Virus record (IMG/VR): IMGVR_UViG_3300000553_000005 | Coordinates: 75,817-139,816 of that record | DNA: 64,000 bases | From: a virus | Direction: 5' to 3' (one strand) | Part shown: positions 20,265 through 30,647 of the stretch, piece after piece | Layout of the letters: the number at the start of each line of letters is the position of its first letter | How positions within the stretch are numbered: the stretch's first letter is position 1 | Program-made: the position numbers and the translations under genes | Notes under the pieces: model-generated | Database searches by the model: none | Told to the model about the DNA's origin: nothing | The model's input: the letters and a program-made list of their open reading frames with translations, nothing else

Positions 20265-21287
20265 ATGAACAAGACAATTTCTATCCATCCGGTGCCAGAG
20301 CTTATTTCTCAACCCGATGGATATTCGTGCGGAGCAACAGCCGCTAAGATGATGCTTAATGTATATGCTCCAGCTAATGACCTTACGTTAGAAGAGGTCA
20401 AGCAGCTTTTCCTTACTAATCCTGCCACTGGGACAACCCATGAGGGTATGATTAACGGTTTGACTGCTTTGGAGATTCCTTACACCCGTACCTTCCAGGC
20501 TGAAAAGCCGTTTGAACTGGTGGATGAAGCCCTTAAGCAAAACAAGCTCTTTCTCATGAGAACAGCTATTCATGGATGTAAGCATTGGCTCCTAGTCTAT
20601 GGTAAGGACAAGGAGAACTATCTTATTGCTGACCCCATGGGCCGCTATTGGGTTTGTTCCAAAGCTTTCATGGATGAGATTTGGGGCTGTCGAGAATATG
20701 ATGGTTTCATCATTGAAAAGTCTTTTAACGATGAAACCGTTGAAATTCGCAAGATTGAACCCCATGAAGTTGATGAAGCTCTCCTTGATGCTGGTTTTGG
20801 TAGTTTCAAGGACAAGATTGGTGGCACTGCAAATGGGTTTTATAACTCTGTTATGTGGGCCATGGAAAGCCTTGATAATGCTTATGTGGCTGTTTACAGG
20901 AACAGAATCATCGGTGGCTACTTCCTTGAATTCAACAAGATTGGTAGTTTCTATTTGAATGATTCAGGAGAAAACTACAAGGATAAGGTTGGCATTCAAG
21001 GTGTCGCTCTTTTCCTTCTTCCAGAGTTTAGGGGCCAGGGAATCGGGGCGGCTCTAAGAGCTATTCCGGTTGAAATGGAGGGGGTGGATTATGTTTGGGG
21101 TATGCATCTCGCCAGTCTCAAGAATGTCAAGAATTGGGTCAAGTATGGCCGAAAGGTAATTTCCGGTAGTGAAGATGGGTTTGCTGTTACCCTGATGGAC
21201 TTGAATGAACAAAGGAGAAAGAATGGCACCAAGACTGAAGAAAAATTGGAAAATAGTTTGCATAGCGGATACTCACACACAGCATAA
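20265..21287 (+). CDS. C39-like cysteine peptidase fused to a GNAT acetyltransferase
   Basis: QPDGYSCG, HW, ADP catalytic pattern; PEFRGQGIG acetyl-CoA motif. Confidence 0.8.
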   Translation: MNKTISIHPVPELISQPDGYSCGATAAKMMLNVYAPANDLTLEEVKQLFLTNPATGTTHEGMINGLTALEIPYTRTFQAEKPFELVDEALKQNKLFLMRTAIHGCKHWLLVYGKDKENYLIADPMGRYWVCSKAFMDEIWGCREYDGFIIEKSFNDETVEIRKIEPHEVDEALLDAGFGSFKDKIGGTANGFYNSVMWAMESLDNAYVAVYRNRIIGGYFLEFNKIGSFYLNDSGENYKDKVGIQGVALFLLPEFRGQGIGAALRAIPVEMEGVDYVWGMHLASLKNVKNWVKYGRKVISGSEDGFAVTLMDLNEQRRKNGTKTEEKLENSLHSGYSHTA

Positions 21288-21897
21288 TACCATTAAGCTT
21301 CCCAAGGGAGATATGATTATCCATGCAGGGGATGCCACCTATCGTGGAAGCATTGTAGAAATTGAAAATTTTGCTAAGTGGTTTGGTAAAACCCCATATC
21401 GTCATAGGATTTTTTGCGCCGGAAACCACGATTTTCTATTCCAAGATCAACCACATTTGGCTAGAACCATCATGCAAGATAACGGAATCATCTATCTTCA
21501 AGATGAGGCTAGAATTTTTTATGATCCTAAAATTGCCAAAACTATCACTATCTATGCGACACCCCACACTCCGTTTTTTCATGCGTGGGCGTTCAACGAA
21601 TACGAGGACAAGCTCAAAGATATTTATGGCATGATTCCTGAGGGTCTGGATGTCTTGGTTACTCATGGCCCTCCACTTGGTATTCTGGATGAAGTCTGTC
21701 AAGATTTTAAGCAGAAGTGGCTGGGGAGCGCAGCACTGAGAGACAGGATTCACGAAGTCAAACCCCGCTTCCATGTCTTCGGTCATATTCATGAAGGCTA
21801 CGGTCAGAAGTTTCAGGGAGAGACTCAATTTGTGAACGCTGCTACTTGCAATCGGCAGTATCGTCCTGTGAATCCCCCGATTGTAATCAAAGTTTAA
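21223..21897 (+). CDS. Metallophosphoesterase (MPPED/239FB-like)
   Basis: ADTH, HAGD, AGNHD, THGPP, FGHIHE. Confidence 0.9.
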   Translation: MAPRLKKNWKIVCIADTHTQHNTIKLPKGDMIIHAGDATYRGSIVEIENFAKWFGKTPYRHRIFCAGNHDFLFQDQPHLARTIMQDNGIIYLQDEARIFYDPKIAKTITIYATPHTPFFHAWAFNEYEDKLKDIYGMIPEGLDVLVTHGPPLGILDEVCQDFKQKWLGSAALRDRIHEVKPRFHVFGHIHEGYGQKFQGETQFVNAATCNRQYRPVNPPIVIKV

Positions 21898-21939
21898 AAA
21901 ACTTGACTTAACGCTTCTTCTATTAGGAGCCTTCGTAAC

Positions 21940-22521
21940 ATGTGTTATCCCGTAAGGAAGTATAAGAAGAAAGTAAAATTTCTCAGAAAGACTTTCTATA
22001 GCTGTGTTCAGAAATGGTTAGAAGACCATGACCCCATACAATTTGTGGTTAATCATGACCCCAAATCGTGTGGGGTCAACCCTGTTTGGAGAGAGAACGG
22101 AGGTATTATTAATGTCTCTAAATTTAAGGCTAGATTTACCGAAGAACAAATAGCTAAAAATGGACGATACTCATATTTTTATGCTCGTTTAACAGGTAGA
22201 CACTTTGAGCTTGGGGAACCTATGATAGCCACAGACGTAGAGAGTTCCTATCTTTATGCTCGTTATATCCTACGTCACCCCTTTCCTCAGGCTGAAGAAA
22301 GAATCTCTCGTTTTGCAGATTGGAGCTACTATTACGCTAGAGATGTCATTAGAGGTCCATTTGAATTAGGAGAGTATGCGATAGCTAAAGAGCATCGTTG
22401 GGCTTTCTTATATGCTTTAAATGTCCTTTTATTATCATATGCTGAAGCATTGGTATGGGGCAAAGAGCATTTAAAGAAGTATGGTATTGAACTTGATGAA
22501 GATAATGAAGTTATTTTATGA
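21940..22521 (+). CDS. Helical repeat protein
   Basis: ~24-aa repeats of the form GExxIA...YxYA. Confidence 0.65.
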   Translation: MCYPVRKYKKKVKFLRKTFYSCVQKWLEDHDPIQFVVNHDPKSCGVNPVWRENGGIINVSKFKARFTEEQIAKNGRYSYFYARLTGRHFELGEPMIATDVESSYLYARYILRHPFPQAEERISRFADWSYYYARDVIRGPFELGEYAIAKEHRWAFLYALNVLLLSYAEALVWGKEHLKKYGIELDEDNEVIL

Positions 22522-23654
22522 AAATTGTAGATAGGAACATATTTCGCTCCTTACAGCAATATAAATTCCTAAAAGGGGAATTCAAGAAGCGTTTATCTGA
22601 AAAGAACCCTATTGGCTTCATTGGTTACACCGTTCCTTATGAAGAATTGGCAGAATACGGGATGCAGAATTATAGTTTTGCTGAGTATGACCCTGTTACA
22701 AGACAAAGGATTATGCCAGTCATTCTCACTCCTTCTGGACCCTTGAAAAAATTTTTAGAACATTTCTCTGAGGAGGACATTATTAAATCTCCTCAATGGG
22801 CTTATTCCTACGCTTATAATAGACCTGAACGTTGTTACACCCCAGGAAAAGGGTTTGATAGAGATGCTTGTGGCTGGCCCCCTGGTGAACCTATCATAGC
22901 TAGTGACCCTAGAATTGCTTACGCTTACGCATTTAATTGTTTAGGAGGAAGACCGTTTCCACTAGGGGAACCCGCTATAGCAAAAGCAGGGGGAGAGCTA
23001 GCTGAAAGATATGCCTCAAAGATACTAAAACTTCCTCATCCTCTTTGTGATGAATGGGCTGAAAAATACCTTAAAGGAGATTTCATGGAGAAACAAGCAT
23101 CAGGGGAAATGAGCCGTGGTAAGCTCATGGAAGCCCTTCAAGCTTTGAATGATGCCTTAGGTGAATGTGATATGAAGGCGCAGGTAACGGCTCTTGGTGG
23201 GGCCGCTATTCTTTTATCTTATGACGATTTCTCCCGCCCTGTAAAGGATGTGGATGTGTTCTATGATTATAAATCTTCAAGTCCAGATTTGGATGAGGAG
23301 ATTATGAATGAGTTGATTAAGGAAGTTGGAGATAGAGTTCATGTTCATCACGAATGGATGAATAATGGAGTTCAACCTTACATCTGGCTTCCTAGCAATG
23401 TGACATATGATACCCCTGTAACCCTTCCAAATTTAACAGTTAGAGTTCCAAATCCTGAATATTTATTTGCTAATAAGTTAGATTCAGGTCGGAAAGAGGA
23501 GAAGGGAAACGACACTAAGGATGTTCGGTTCTTAATGTCTAAGCTAGGCTTTAAATCTCCAAAAGAAATTTTAGCAATGTATAAACAATACTACCCGGAT
23601 AAAAATCCTGGAACTTTTACCTTTGAAGAAGCGTGTCAGGCTATCCGTCAGTAA
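22518..23654 (+). CDS. Helical-repeat protein fused to a Pol-beta/AbiEii-like nucleotidyltransferase
   Basis: Same repeats as the upstream gene; LGGAA..RPVKDVD, K and KD motifs in the C-terminal half. Confidence 0.7.
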   Translation: MKIVDRNIFRSLQQYKFLKGEFKKRLSEKNPIGFIGYTVPYEELAEYGMQNYSFAEYDPVTRQRIMPVILTPSGPLKKFLEHFSEEDIIKSPQWAYSYAYNRPERCYTPGKGFDRDACGWPPGEPIIASDPRIAYAYAFNCLGGRPFPLGEPAIAKAGGELAERYASKILKLPHPLCDEWAEKYLKGDFMEKQASGEMSRGKLMEALQALNDALGECDMKAQVTALGGAAILLSYDDFSRPVKDVDVFYDYKSSSPDLDEEIMNELIKEVGDRVHVHHEWMNNGVQPYIWLPSNVTYDTPVTLPNLTVRVPNPEYLFANKLDSGRKEEKGNDTKDVRFLMSKLGFKSPKEILAMYKQYYPDKNPGTFTFEEACQAIRQ

Positions 23655-23791
23655 TATAGTGGTATGGAGCCTAAAATGAACAATATTGAAGAAGAACGTG
23701 ATCGCTATAAACTAGCTCTGGAATATATCATTAGACATATGAATATGACTCAGCCAGGGGCCAGTGCTTTCTCCACCGTTTGTCATATTGC

Positions 23792-24100
23792 TCACAAAGC
23801 ATTAGAACCAGATTGGGATCCTTCTAAACCGGTTCGACTCTGATTACAAATATGATCACCAATTTGAACCACTCTACAAATTGTGGGGCGATTAGGATAA
23901 ATAGAGCATCTCACTTCGGCTCCAAGAATTCCTTCAAGAGCGCAACAAATTCCATCAGTCATCTTCATAGCATAAGGAAGAATATCTCCTTGTTGAAGCA
24001 TATCTGGAGATATATGTTCGGCATCACTATTGGTAACTTCTACCCATTTAGGGTCAGGATTGGTGCAGCAAGCTCCACAGGAAGTACATGATAATGACAT
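23792..24100 (-). CDS. YkgJ-family (CxxCxxCC) Fe-S/Zn cluster protein
   Basis: CTSCGACC and CSIYPNRPTICR. Confidence 0.85.
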   Translation of the reverse strand: MSLSCTSCGACCTNPDPKWVEVTNSDAEHISPDMLQQGDILPYAMKMTDGICCALEGILGAEVRCSIYPNRPTICRVVQIGDHICNQSRTGLEGSQSGSNAL

Positions 24101-24103
24101 TTC

Positions 24104-25117
24104 TTATCCTAAAATAACGGTTTTATATGATACCCCGGCATTCATACACATTATGAGTCCCGCAGCTTCTAAATAATTTTCTACAAAGACGACTTTCTTG
24201 TTCCCTCTGATCCCTTCAGGATAAGAGAAATTACTCTGACAAGTAGTGTTCTCCATTACGACTATGATAGGGATACCGTGATTTAGACAAGAGATATGAG
24301 GACTTCCCCAACAGTTATGGGGGGTTAGGAGGAAATCTATATCTTCATTAGATATATTCTTGGGATTTTTAATCAGATCAATCAGAGGACTTTGATGTAA
24401 TCCCTTTAAAACACAAAAAAGATAAGTATTGGATATAATCTCTGGAGATTGAGAGGGTTTAACCACTACCTTGTTATAAAGATTATCTTGAAGAAAATCC
24501 ATTGGAGCATGAGCGACTGGTTTATCAATGGCTGAAGCAATATATTTACTAATTTGAGCTTCAATCGCTCCCCAAGGATTAACTGTAATATCTCCCTCCC
24601 AATAACTATTAGCAAGTTCTTCGTCACAATCAATAGTGGTGTGAATAGCCAAAGCATCAAAATCTTTATCTTTAATTTGTTCAATAAGGGCTATTAAACC
24701 ACTGGCAGATCCCCCCGCAGTTCCATCGTCATTTAGATGAGCTTTCATGATCAGGGGGGTAGTTAGTTCTAAAAGTTCAATCTCAGCCCCAAGGCCCCAT
24801 ATACCGGCATTAACCGCATTGATGCTACCTGGAGTAATAGGGGAATTTACTACACAGAGAATTTTGTTATGAGTTTTTACTGGTTTCAGATTGATTGAAC
24901 CAGCTAAGAACCTATCAATGATGGAACCTTCGACATAAAGGCAATTGGGAGTTTGTTCGTTAATGTCCGAAGCATTACATAAATTTGGATTCACCACTAA
25001 TTTTTTACAGCATCCAGCTATAAGTTTCAATCCTGGATTAAAGGCTGCGTCACCACCTAAAGAACAGCCAAGGCCAGTGGGGATAATCATCACACCGTTG
25101 ATACTAGGTATAGGCAT
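24104..25117 (-). CDS. DUF3326-family protein
   Basis: IIPTGLGCSLGG, PNLCNASD, LYVEG, NPWGAIEA, AHAP, CVLKGL and NYLEAAG. Confidence 0.75.
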   Translation of the reverse strand: MPIPSINGVMIIPTGLGCSLGGDAAFNPGLKLIAGCCKKLVVNPNLCNASDINEQTPNCLYVEGSIIDRFLAGSINLKPVKTHNKILCVVNSPITPGSINAVNAGIWGLGAEIELLELTTPLIMKAHLNDDGTAGGSASGLIALIEQIKDKDFDALAIHTTIDCDEELANSYWEGDITVNPWGAIEAQISKYIASAIDKPVAHAPMDFLQDNLYNKVVVKPSQSPEIISNTYLFCVLKGLHQSPLIDLIKNPKNISNEDIDFLLTPHNCWGSPHISCLNHGIPIIVVMENTTCQSNFSYPEGIRGNKKVVFVENYLEAAGLIMCMNAGVSYKTVILG

Positions 25118-25119
25118 TG

Positions 25120-28100
25120 TTAATTTCTCACTATGTTATGTTCTGTTACTAAATTTCCACCCAAAGTTTTCAAAGCAAATGCCTTGGCTTTTTCTGGATC
25201 AAAATCCTTGCAAGAGAAGACGTTAATGAAAATTTTCTGAAGTTCATCCAAGGCATGAATAGTTATAGAAGATTCGTAAAGGAACTGAACTACGCTGATT
25301 CCATCTTTCTTGGGATGGGTTTTGTAAGTTCCTTCAAACTTATCCTGGCCCCAACTGTAAATTGGTCCTCGCTGCATATCAATTTCATCACAGAGGTCTT
25401 CGGCAAACTTTTTCAAGATGTGGGTCTGGAATTTATCTGGGTCAACATCATGAAGATCCATAATAACCTCTTGGCCGTAATGCTCTTTCTTAGTTTCTTC
25501 AATAATTTCATCGCTATCATCGGCTACCTTTTTAATATAAGTAATGTAGCCCTGCTTGACACTGGCGGCTTTTGAATAGGGAGTGATGGCCGTAACCACT
25601 TCTACTTGCTTCTTACTACGAAGGCCCTGCATAGCCTTATCCCACAAATCTTTGTCCAGTTTGAAAGTTGTGCCTAAGTGGTAAACTTGACCAAATTGGT
25701 CTTCTATATGTTTCTTAAAGCTTCTTAGTGGAGTCATCCCTGAGAGATTTTCTAAGATAAACTCTTGAAGTTCTTCGATGAACTGCTCTCTCGGATAGTA
25801 TTTTTCCATGCCACCATAGGCTTGTTTGATTAGCAGACTCGCTTTTTTAACTGATAATTCTCTCAATTGTTGCTCCGTAATTTGCCTCGTGTCTAAAAGA
25901 ACTTGAAGTGTTGCCTGATAGAATCCAGAGTCAATTCCCATAGTTTCATTTCTTATGGCTCTCTCGGCTATCTTTTCATCGTACATCTGGAAATGAGAAT
26001 CTTCATCCATTCCTAATTTTTTCTGAATATAAGCCATGGTATCATCCATATCCTGCATATAGTAGGAAATGAAGCAGGATACAGCACAAAAAGAGCCTTT
26101 TTTATAATTAATTTCATTTCCCGCTGGTATAGCTTCATGGCAATCTTCACATTTTTGACAGAACCCACCCCTTACCAAAATTTTCTCACGTTCTGCCTCA
26201 AGATCATCATAACCATTGATGTTTAGTTGTTCCTCAATATAGGTTCTAGCTCTCCTCTTTTTATTTTCATCAGCATTCGGCAGAAACTTATCTATTAAAC
26301 GATTTATCGCTGGTCGGAAATACTCCCTTACACAATAACTGCAACAATAGGGATTGCCAGATAAATAGATGGCATCTTCTTCTGCCACAGGCTCATCACA
26401 ATTAGCACAATTGGTTAGCTCCTGATCTTCATGATCTTCATAGAGATCATTATCATTGTTAATATCCCAAGCACCAGGGAAGATAATTTTTTGCTCCATC
26501 GATTCTTTAATCTTCGGATCAAATTCTGCAAGTGTTTCAAAAATCCACCAGTAATTTGAATCTACATCATATTTTTGCCCAACATCAGCACTATCACTAA
26601 ACGGATCCCTACTAAATATCTGATCTCCAATATTTCTACCATCTACATCTTGGCATTCAATAGCACCAACTCCTTGACCTTGAATATTTTTGGTCGGGAC
26701 TCGGATGAGTGCATAGCGATCAGAACCATAATGCTCATTGGTGCCACTGTCCTGAGTAATAACATAGAGAGGACCACGTTCCAGATAGGCTTCAGCGGTC
26801 CCCTCCCCCTGTGTACACCAATGGGAACCTGTTGACATAAGCACCAAGGCTTCTGGAGTGGTACAACGATAGAAGGAGTAACCTCTGGTCTTAGCTAAAG
26901 GCTCACAACCATCTCTGAGATACTTATCCTTCTCTCTAATTAATTCTCTACCCTGCTCATTTTTGGATAGGTCGGCTCTAGTAGCCGTGTCATATATTTC
27001 TTTAAGATCTGAAAGACCTAACTTCATGATATCTTTTTCACCAGTAAAATTAGCACTACGTTTTAGCATAGCATAACGTTCAAGCATAATTTTAATATCA
27101 TCTCGTTTCATTGTTCCGGCTAGCGAAGATCTACCTTCTGGATCATCCATAGCTTTTCTAGTCTCTCTACATAACCATTCTAAATATTCTCCATTTTGAG
27201 AAGGGTCAACTAAAGATAGAGTATCTACCCCATGAGGAGGGAGATGATATTTAGAAGCAAGAGCTTTTTTCTTAGCTTCCGAAGCGGCGGCAAATTTCAA
27301 TAGAGCAGATTTAAAGTTAGAAAGTGAAGATTTCTTCAGTTTTTCAGAAGGTTCAGAGGTAGGTTCCAGTTCATCTGTTGCTATTTCACCCTCTATTTCT
27401 GGTGCTGATTCCTCTTGCACTTTGCCCATTCCACTATTTTCAATAATATCATCAATATCTGTACTCGTAGGGGTGAATTGGTCCTTAACATATTCTAGTA
27501 TGTCATCGTAAAGCGTATCATAAGTCATCAGTTCATCATAAACCGGCTGAAGGACTTTCAAGGCCCATTTATAATCCCCTAGAGTTAATCCGGGGGTCAC
27601 TTTTTCTACTCTGTCACTCTGCCCATTTTCAAAAGCTCTAATACCTGATGTCAGATTAGCTAAATACCAATCAAGAGCATAGTGATGGTTAACAGTATTG
27701 GGGAGACCCATTCGGATAGCTGCTTCATGCATTGCTCTAAATACTTTGGTGGCCTTTGGATCCCAGCCTGTCCCATAAATGAGTTCCTCGGCATCATCCA
27801 TAGCTTTTTGATTTCTTTCTTCTTTTCCTGGAATAGTTGCAACAAATGCCTTTACTTTTTTCTCAATTATATCATTATAAAACTCTTTAAAACATCCCTC
27901 GCAACAAAAATTATGGCTTTCTTTATCAGGGGAGTCATCATTATTCACATAAATAGTATCGTAGCTGTCTGTTTCCATATATGCATCACATTGATCACAT
28001 TTTTCAAAATGAGCCATATCATTAATATCATTAAAAATAAATCCTTCTCGGATATATCTTTCCAAATCCCTATCATAATTAGACAACCATTGAACTATTC

Positions 28101-28830
28101 CCCACCATTCATCATTGACTTGATAACATTTATCTTCAATTTCCCAGTTTCCTATATCCTCACCATCTGCATCTTGAGCTTCAAATCCTGTGACAGAATC
28201 ATCCGGAACATGAATCTGAAGATAGCGATCTGATTCATAAGAACTTTCTTTTTCTTCTGTAGTAAAGACATAAATGGCTCCCCTACTTAAATAACGTTGG
28301 GCATAGCCTGGGTTCTTAGTACACCAATGAGAACCTTCCCCCATCAATTGCACGGCTCTTACAGTAGTCGGCTCATAACATACGACACCTTCACCTGGAC
28401 TGCCGATCTCTTCACAGCCTTCTGCTAAATATTGTTTCCTTCTTCTCTGTAAATCTCTCTCTCGCTCTTTCTTAGAATAGTCATCAGGAGAAGATTCTTG
28501 TATAACACTGATAAGATCGTTAAAATTGGCATAGGAAAGAATATTATTTTTGGGTTTACCATTAATCAAACCTGTAGCCCAGGCAGCACTATTTTTTAAA
28601 CGTCCAAACTCCTCCAGAGCATCTTTTAATTCATCTTGAAGTGCTGGCCCCACATTTTCGTCATGTCTCAAGACTTTTACTAGCCATTCGGTATATTGAC
28701 CGTTTGGAGTTGGATCTATATTCGCACAGATCTCTACGAATCCTTGGGAAACCAAATATTTTTTCTCCAGTGCCTCCTTCTTTGCCTGTGAAGCTGCGGC
28801 TAGAAGACTCAATAAAGTTGACTTGAACAT
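25120..28830 (-). CDS. Multidomain protein: two tandem DP..G.Y..WL/GSHWCT modules, Cys-rich fingers and a C-terminal AdoMet decarboxylase (SpeD-like) domain
   Basis: Internal duplication; the last ~120 aa have YGQEVIMDLH, GIS..LYESSITIH and VFSCK. Confidence 0.75.
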   Translation of the reverse strand: MFKSTLLSLLAAASQAKKEALEKKYLVSQGFVEICANIDPTPNGQYTEWLVKVLRHDENVGPALQDELKDALEEFGRLKNSAAWATGLINGKPKNNILSYANFNDLISVIQESSPDDYSKKERERDLQRRRKQYLAEGCEEIGSPGEGVVCYEPTTVRAVQLMGEGSHWCTKNPGYAQRYLSRGAIYVFTTEEKESSYESDRYLQIHVPDDSVTGFEAQDADGEDIGNWEIEDKCYQVNDEWWGIVQWLSNYDRDLERYIREGFIFNDINDMAHFEKCDQCDAYMETDSYDTIYVNNDDSPDKESHNFCCEGCFKEFYNDIIEKKVKAFVATIPGKEERNQKAMDDAEELIYGTGWDPKATKVFRAMHEAAIRMGLPNTVNHHYALDWYLANLTSGIRAFENGQSDRVEKVTPGLTLGDYKWALKVLQPVYDELMTYDTLYDDILEYVKDQFTPTSTDIDDIIENSGMGKVQEESAPEIEGEIATDELEPTSEPSEKLKKSSLSNFKSALLKFAAASEAKKKALASKYHLPPHGVDTLSLVDPSQNGEYLEWLCRETRKAMDDPEGRSSLAGTMKRDDIKIMLERYAMLKRSANFTGEKDIMKLGLSDLKEIYDTATRADLSKNEQGRELIREKDKYLRDGCEPLAKTRGYSFYRCTTPEALVLMSTGSHWCTQGEGTAEAYLERGPLYVITQDSGTNEHYGSDRYALIRVPTKNIQGQGVGAIECQDVDGRNIGDQIFSRDPFSDSADVGQKYDVDSNYWWIFETLAEFDPKIKESMEQKIIFPGAWDINNDNDLYEDHEDQELTNCANCDEPVAEEDAIYLSGNPYCCSYCVREYFRPAINRLIDKFLPNADENKKRRARTYIEEQLNINGYDDLEAEREKILVRGGFCQKCEDCHEAIPAGNEINYKKGSFCAVSCFISYYMQDMDDTMAYIQKKLGMDEDSHFQMYDEKIAERAIRNETMGIDSGFYQATLQVLLDTRQITEQQLRELSVKKASLLIKQAYGGMEKYYPREQFIEELQEFILENLSGMTPLRSFKKHIEDQFGQVYHLGTTFKLDKDLWDKAMQGLRSKKQVEVVTAITPYSKAASVKQGYITYIKKVADDSDEIIEETKKEHYGQEVIMDLHDVDPDKFQTHILKKFAEDLCDEIDMQRGPIYSWGQDKFEGTYKTHPKKDGISVVQFLYESSITIHALDELQKIFINVFSCKDFDPEKAKAFALKTLGGNLVTEHNIVRN

Positions 28831-28933
28831 GGCTACCTCTACTCAAGGATCAGAAAATTAAAAAGTTGCCATACTTTTGTCCTTTTTAGGTATAATAGGA
28901 TTGTGAGTATTAGTCATACAAGGGAGTAACTGA

Positions 28934-29167
28934 ATGTCATCTATCAATTCATTGCTGTACACCTATGGAGTCATTTCATTAGCCACTACTTTATTTTTTT
29001 GGGGATTTACTATTTTAGGATTTCTTTCCCAGGATTTACGAGAAGAGGCTAGAAAACAAGGTTTAGGCTTGATCCCAGCCTTGTTCATGGGGATTCTTCT
29101 TGGTGTAACATGGCCCAAATCAATGTTTAATCTATTTAAATTTATCCACAATGGAGGAAAAGTATGA
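28934..29167 (+). CDS. Small membrane protein
   Basis: GGGAG RBS; two hydrophobic segments. Confidence 0.55.
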   Translation: MSSINSLLYTYGVISLATTLFFWGFTILGFLSQDLREEARKQGLGLIPALFMGILLGVTWPKSMFNLFKFIHNGGKV

Positions 29168-29214
29168 CCGATACTAAGAAAGTTATTCTCATGGTGGGGC
29201 CTTCGGGCTGTGGT
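29164..29214 (+). pseudogene. Orphaned 5' end of the AAA_33 kinase gene
   Basis: GGAGG RBS; MTDTKKVILMVGPSGCG matches MQMIIAVGPSGCG at 30648. Confidence 0.65.
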
Positions 29215-29487
29215 GATCCTGCTCCCACTCAGCATCTACGTCTACGGGTTCACCTGTGTGACCCTGATGCGGTGGTTCCTGCTCCCCGTCTTCCCCGCCT
29301 TTCACATCCCCTCCTATCCGGTGGTCGTTGGCCTGGGGCTGCTGATCCGCTACGCCACCTACTCCCCCACCGACTGTGAACCGGCTGTGGAGTCGAAGAT
29401 AAAGAAGGCGGTTATGGGCCTCCTCAATCCGTTCTTTATTTCCGAGCGGCCCTGCTGTTCGGCTGGATCCTTCTGAAGTTCATGTAA
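29210..29487 (+). pseudogene. GC-rich membrane-protein fragment, 5'-truncated and frameshifted
   Basis: Hydrophobic frame shifts near 29444 into AALLFGWILLKFM* ending at 29487. Confidence 0.5.
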
Positions 29488-29496
29488 GGAGTTCCG

Positions 29497-29685
29497 ATGT
29501 CTCGTCTGATCAATGATGGCCCCGACCCTAGTGTGGTAAAGCGGGTAATCTGTAAGAACTGTGGGGCCACAATGGAGTACGTCCCCGCTGATGTGATGTC
29601 CAAGACAGTTCACGATTACGGTGGGGGCTCTGATGACTACCGCTACATCATCTGTCTGAAGTGCCTCGACCCAATTTACCTATAA
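29497..29685 (+). CDS. Small zinc-ribbon protein (GC-rich insert)
   Basis: AAGGAG RBS; CKNC and CLKC. Confidence 0.65.
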   Translation: MSRLINDGPDPSVVKRVICKNCGATMEYVPADVMSKTVHDYGGGSDDYRYIICLKCLDPIYL

Positions 29686-30625
29686 TTTTCTGAAGCTGGA
29701 GTTCTAAAAACTCTTCAGCATTTTTTTCATCAAATTTCACTTCTATCACAGAATAGTTTGATCGTAACCAAATGTCCCTCGCTATTTGGGATTCAAAATG
29801 CTTTTTTGTCTTATGGAAATAGTTTGGAAATATATAGTGCTGCACTCCATTATACTCAACAACCACCCTTAATTCCGGCAACCAATAGTCAACCCTCACC
29901 CTCCCACTCTTACTTACGTCTTTTGGGCATACTAGAGGAAACTGAGGGATAGCTTCAATCCCCAGTTCACTAATTACCTTTCCTAGGCGTTTCTCATTCT
30001 TCCCCTTCGCACACTCTGGACAGCCCTTACCTCTAGAAAAATTTGCCCAAGAAATCCTCCACAAAAACCCGCAAGAAACACACTTTACCCTAAGCAATGA
30101 ATGAGCAGTTTGATAATCGTCAACACATCTTATTTCAATCCCCATCTCCCTCATTTTGTCGGCAACACTGATTTTCGTTTTCCATGACTTCTCCTCATTC
30201 CTTTTTCGCAACCTCTCTGCTAGTAGTAGTTGATTGCATTTTGGACATGTTTTAGCACGAAATAGGGTTTCATACCTTGCTTGAAAGATATGTCCACACC
30301 CCAGTCCTAACCAGTTATGTTTGTATTTTTGCCCAAGAAATTGTGAATCAAGAAGTTTGTATTTCGATTCGTTGCACACTCGTTTACCTTTATTATATCT
30401 AACTAGTCTCGTCGTGTGCCCATTTCTACTACAAATAGGGCAGGGATTCCCAGGGCTATCCATTACGAATCCCCAAGCCGTGGTCCAGATATGTCCGCAC
30501 TCCCCCATCCAGGTCAGATTTTTGTCTCTGATGCCAGAATATACCCCATCAACCAGCTTAACATTTTTCTTGTTTTCTTCCAGCCAATCGAGTATCATTT
30601 CATTAGTCCATTTTGTTCCTTTCAC
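29648..30625 (-). mobile_element. Free-standing homing endonuclease-like gene (zinc-ribbon repeats plus PD-(D/E)xK/Vsr-like nuclease)
   Basis: Three CGH/CxxC..W..CPxC repeats; RVDYWLPE..VEYNGVQHY; antisense to its neighbours. Confidence 0.75.
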
Positions 30626-30647
30626 TCTTCACCCCCTAGGAGTAGCC

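Noticed and set aside
30321-30647. Long N-terminal extension of the kinase ORF
   Set aside because: Overlaps the antisense endonuclease; the real RBS and ATG are at 30648
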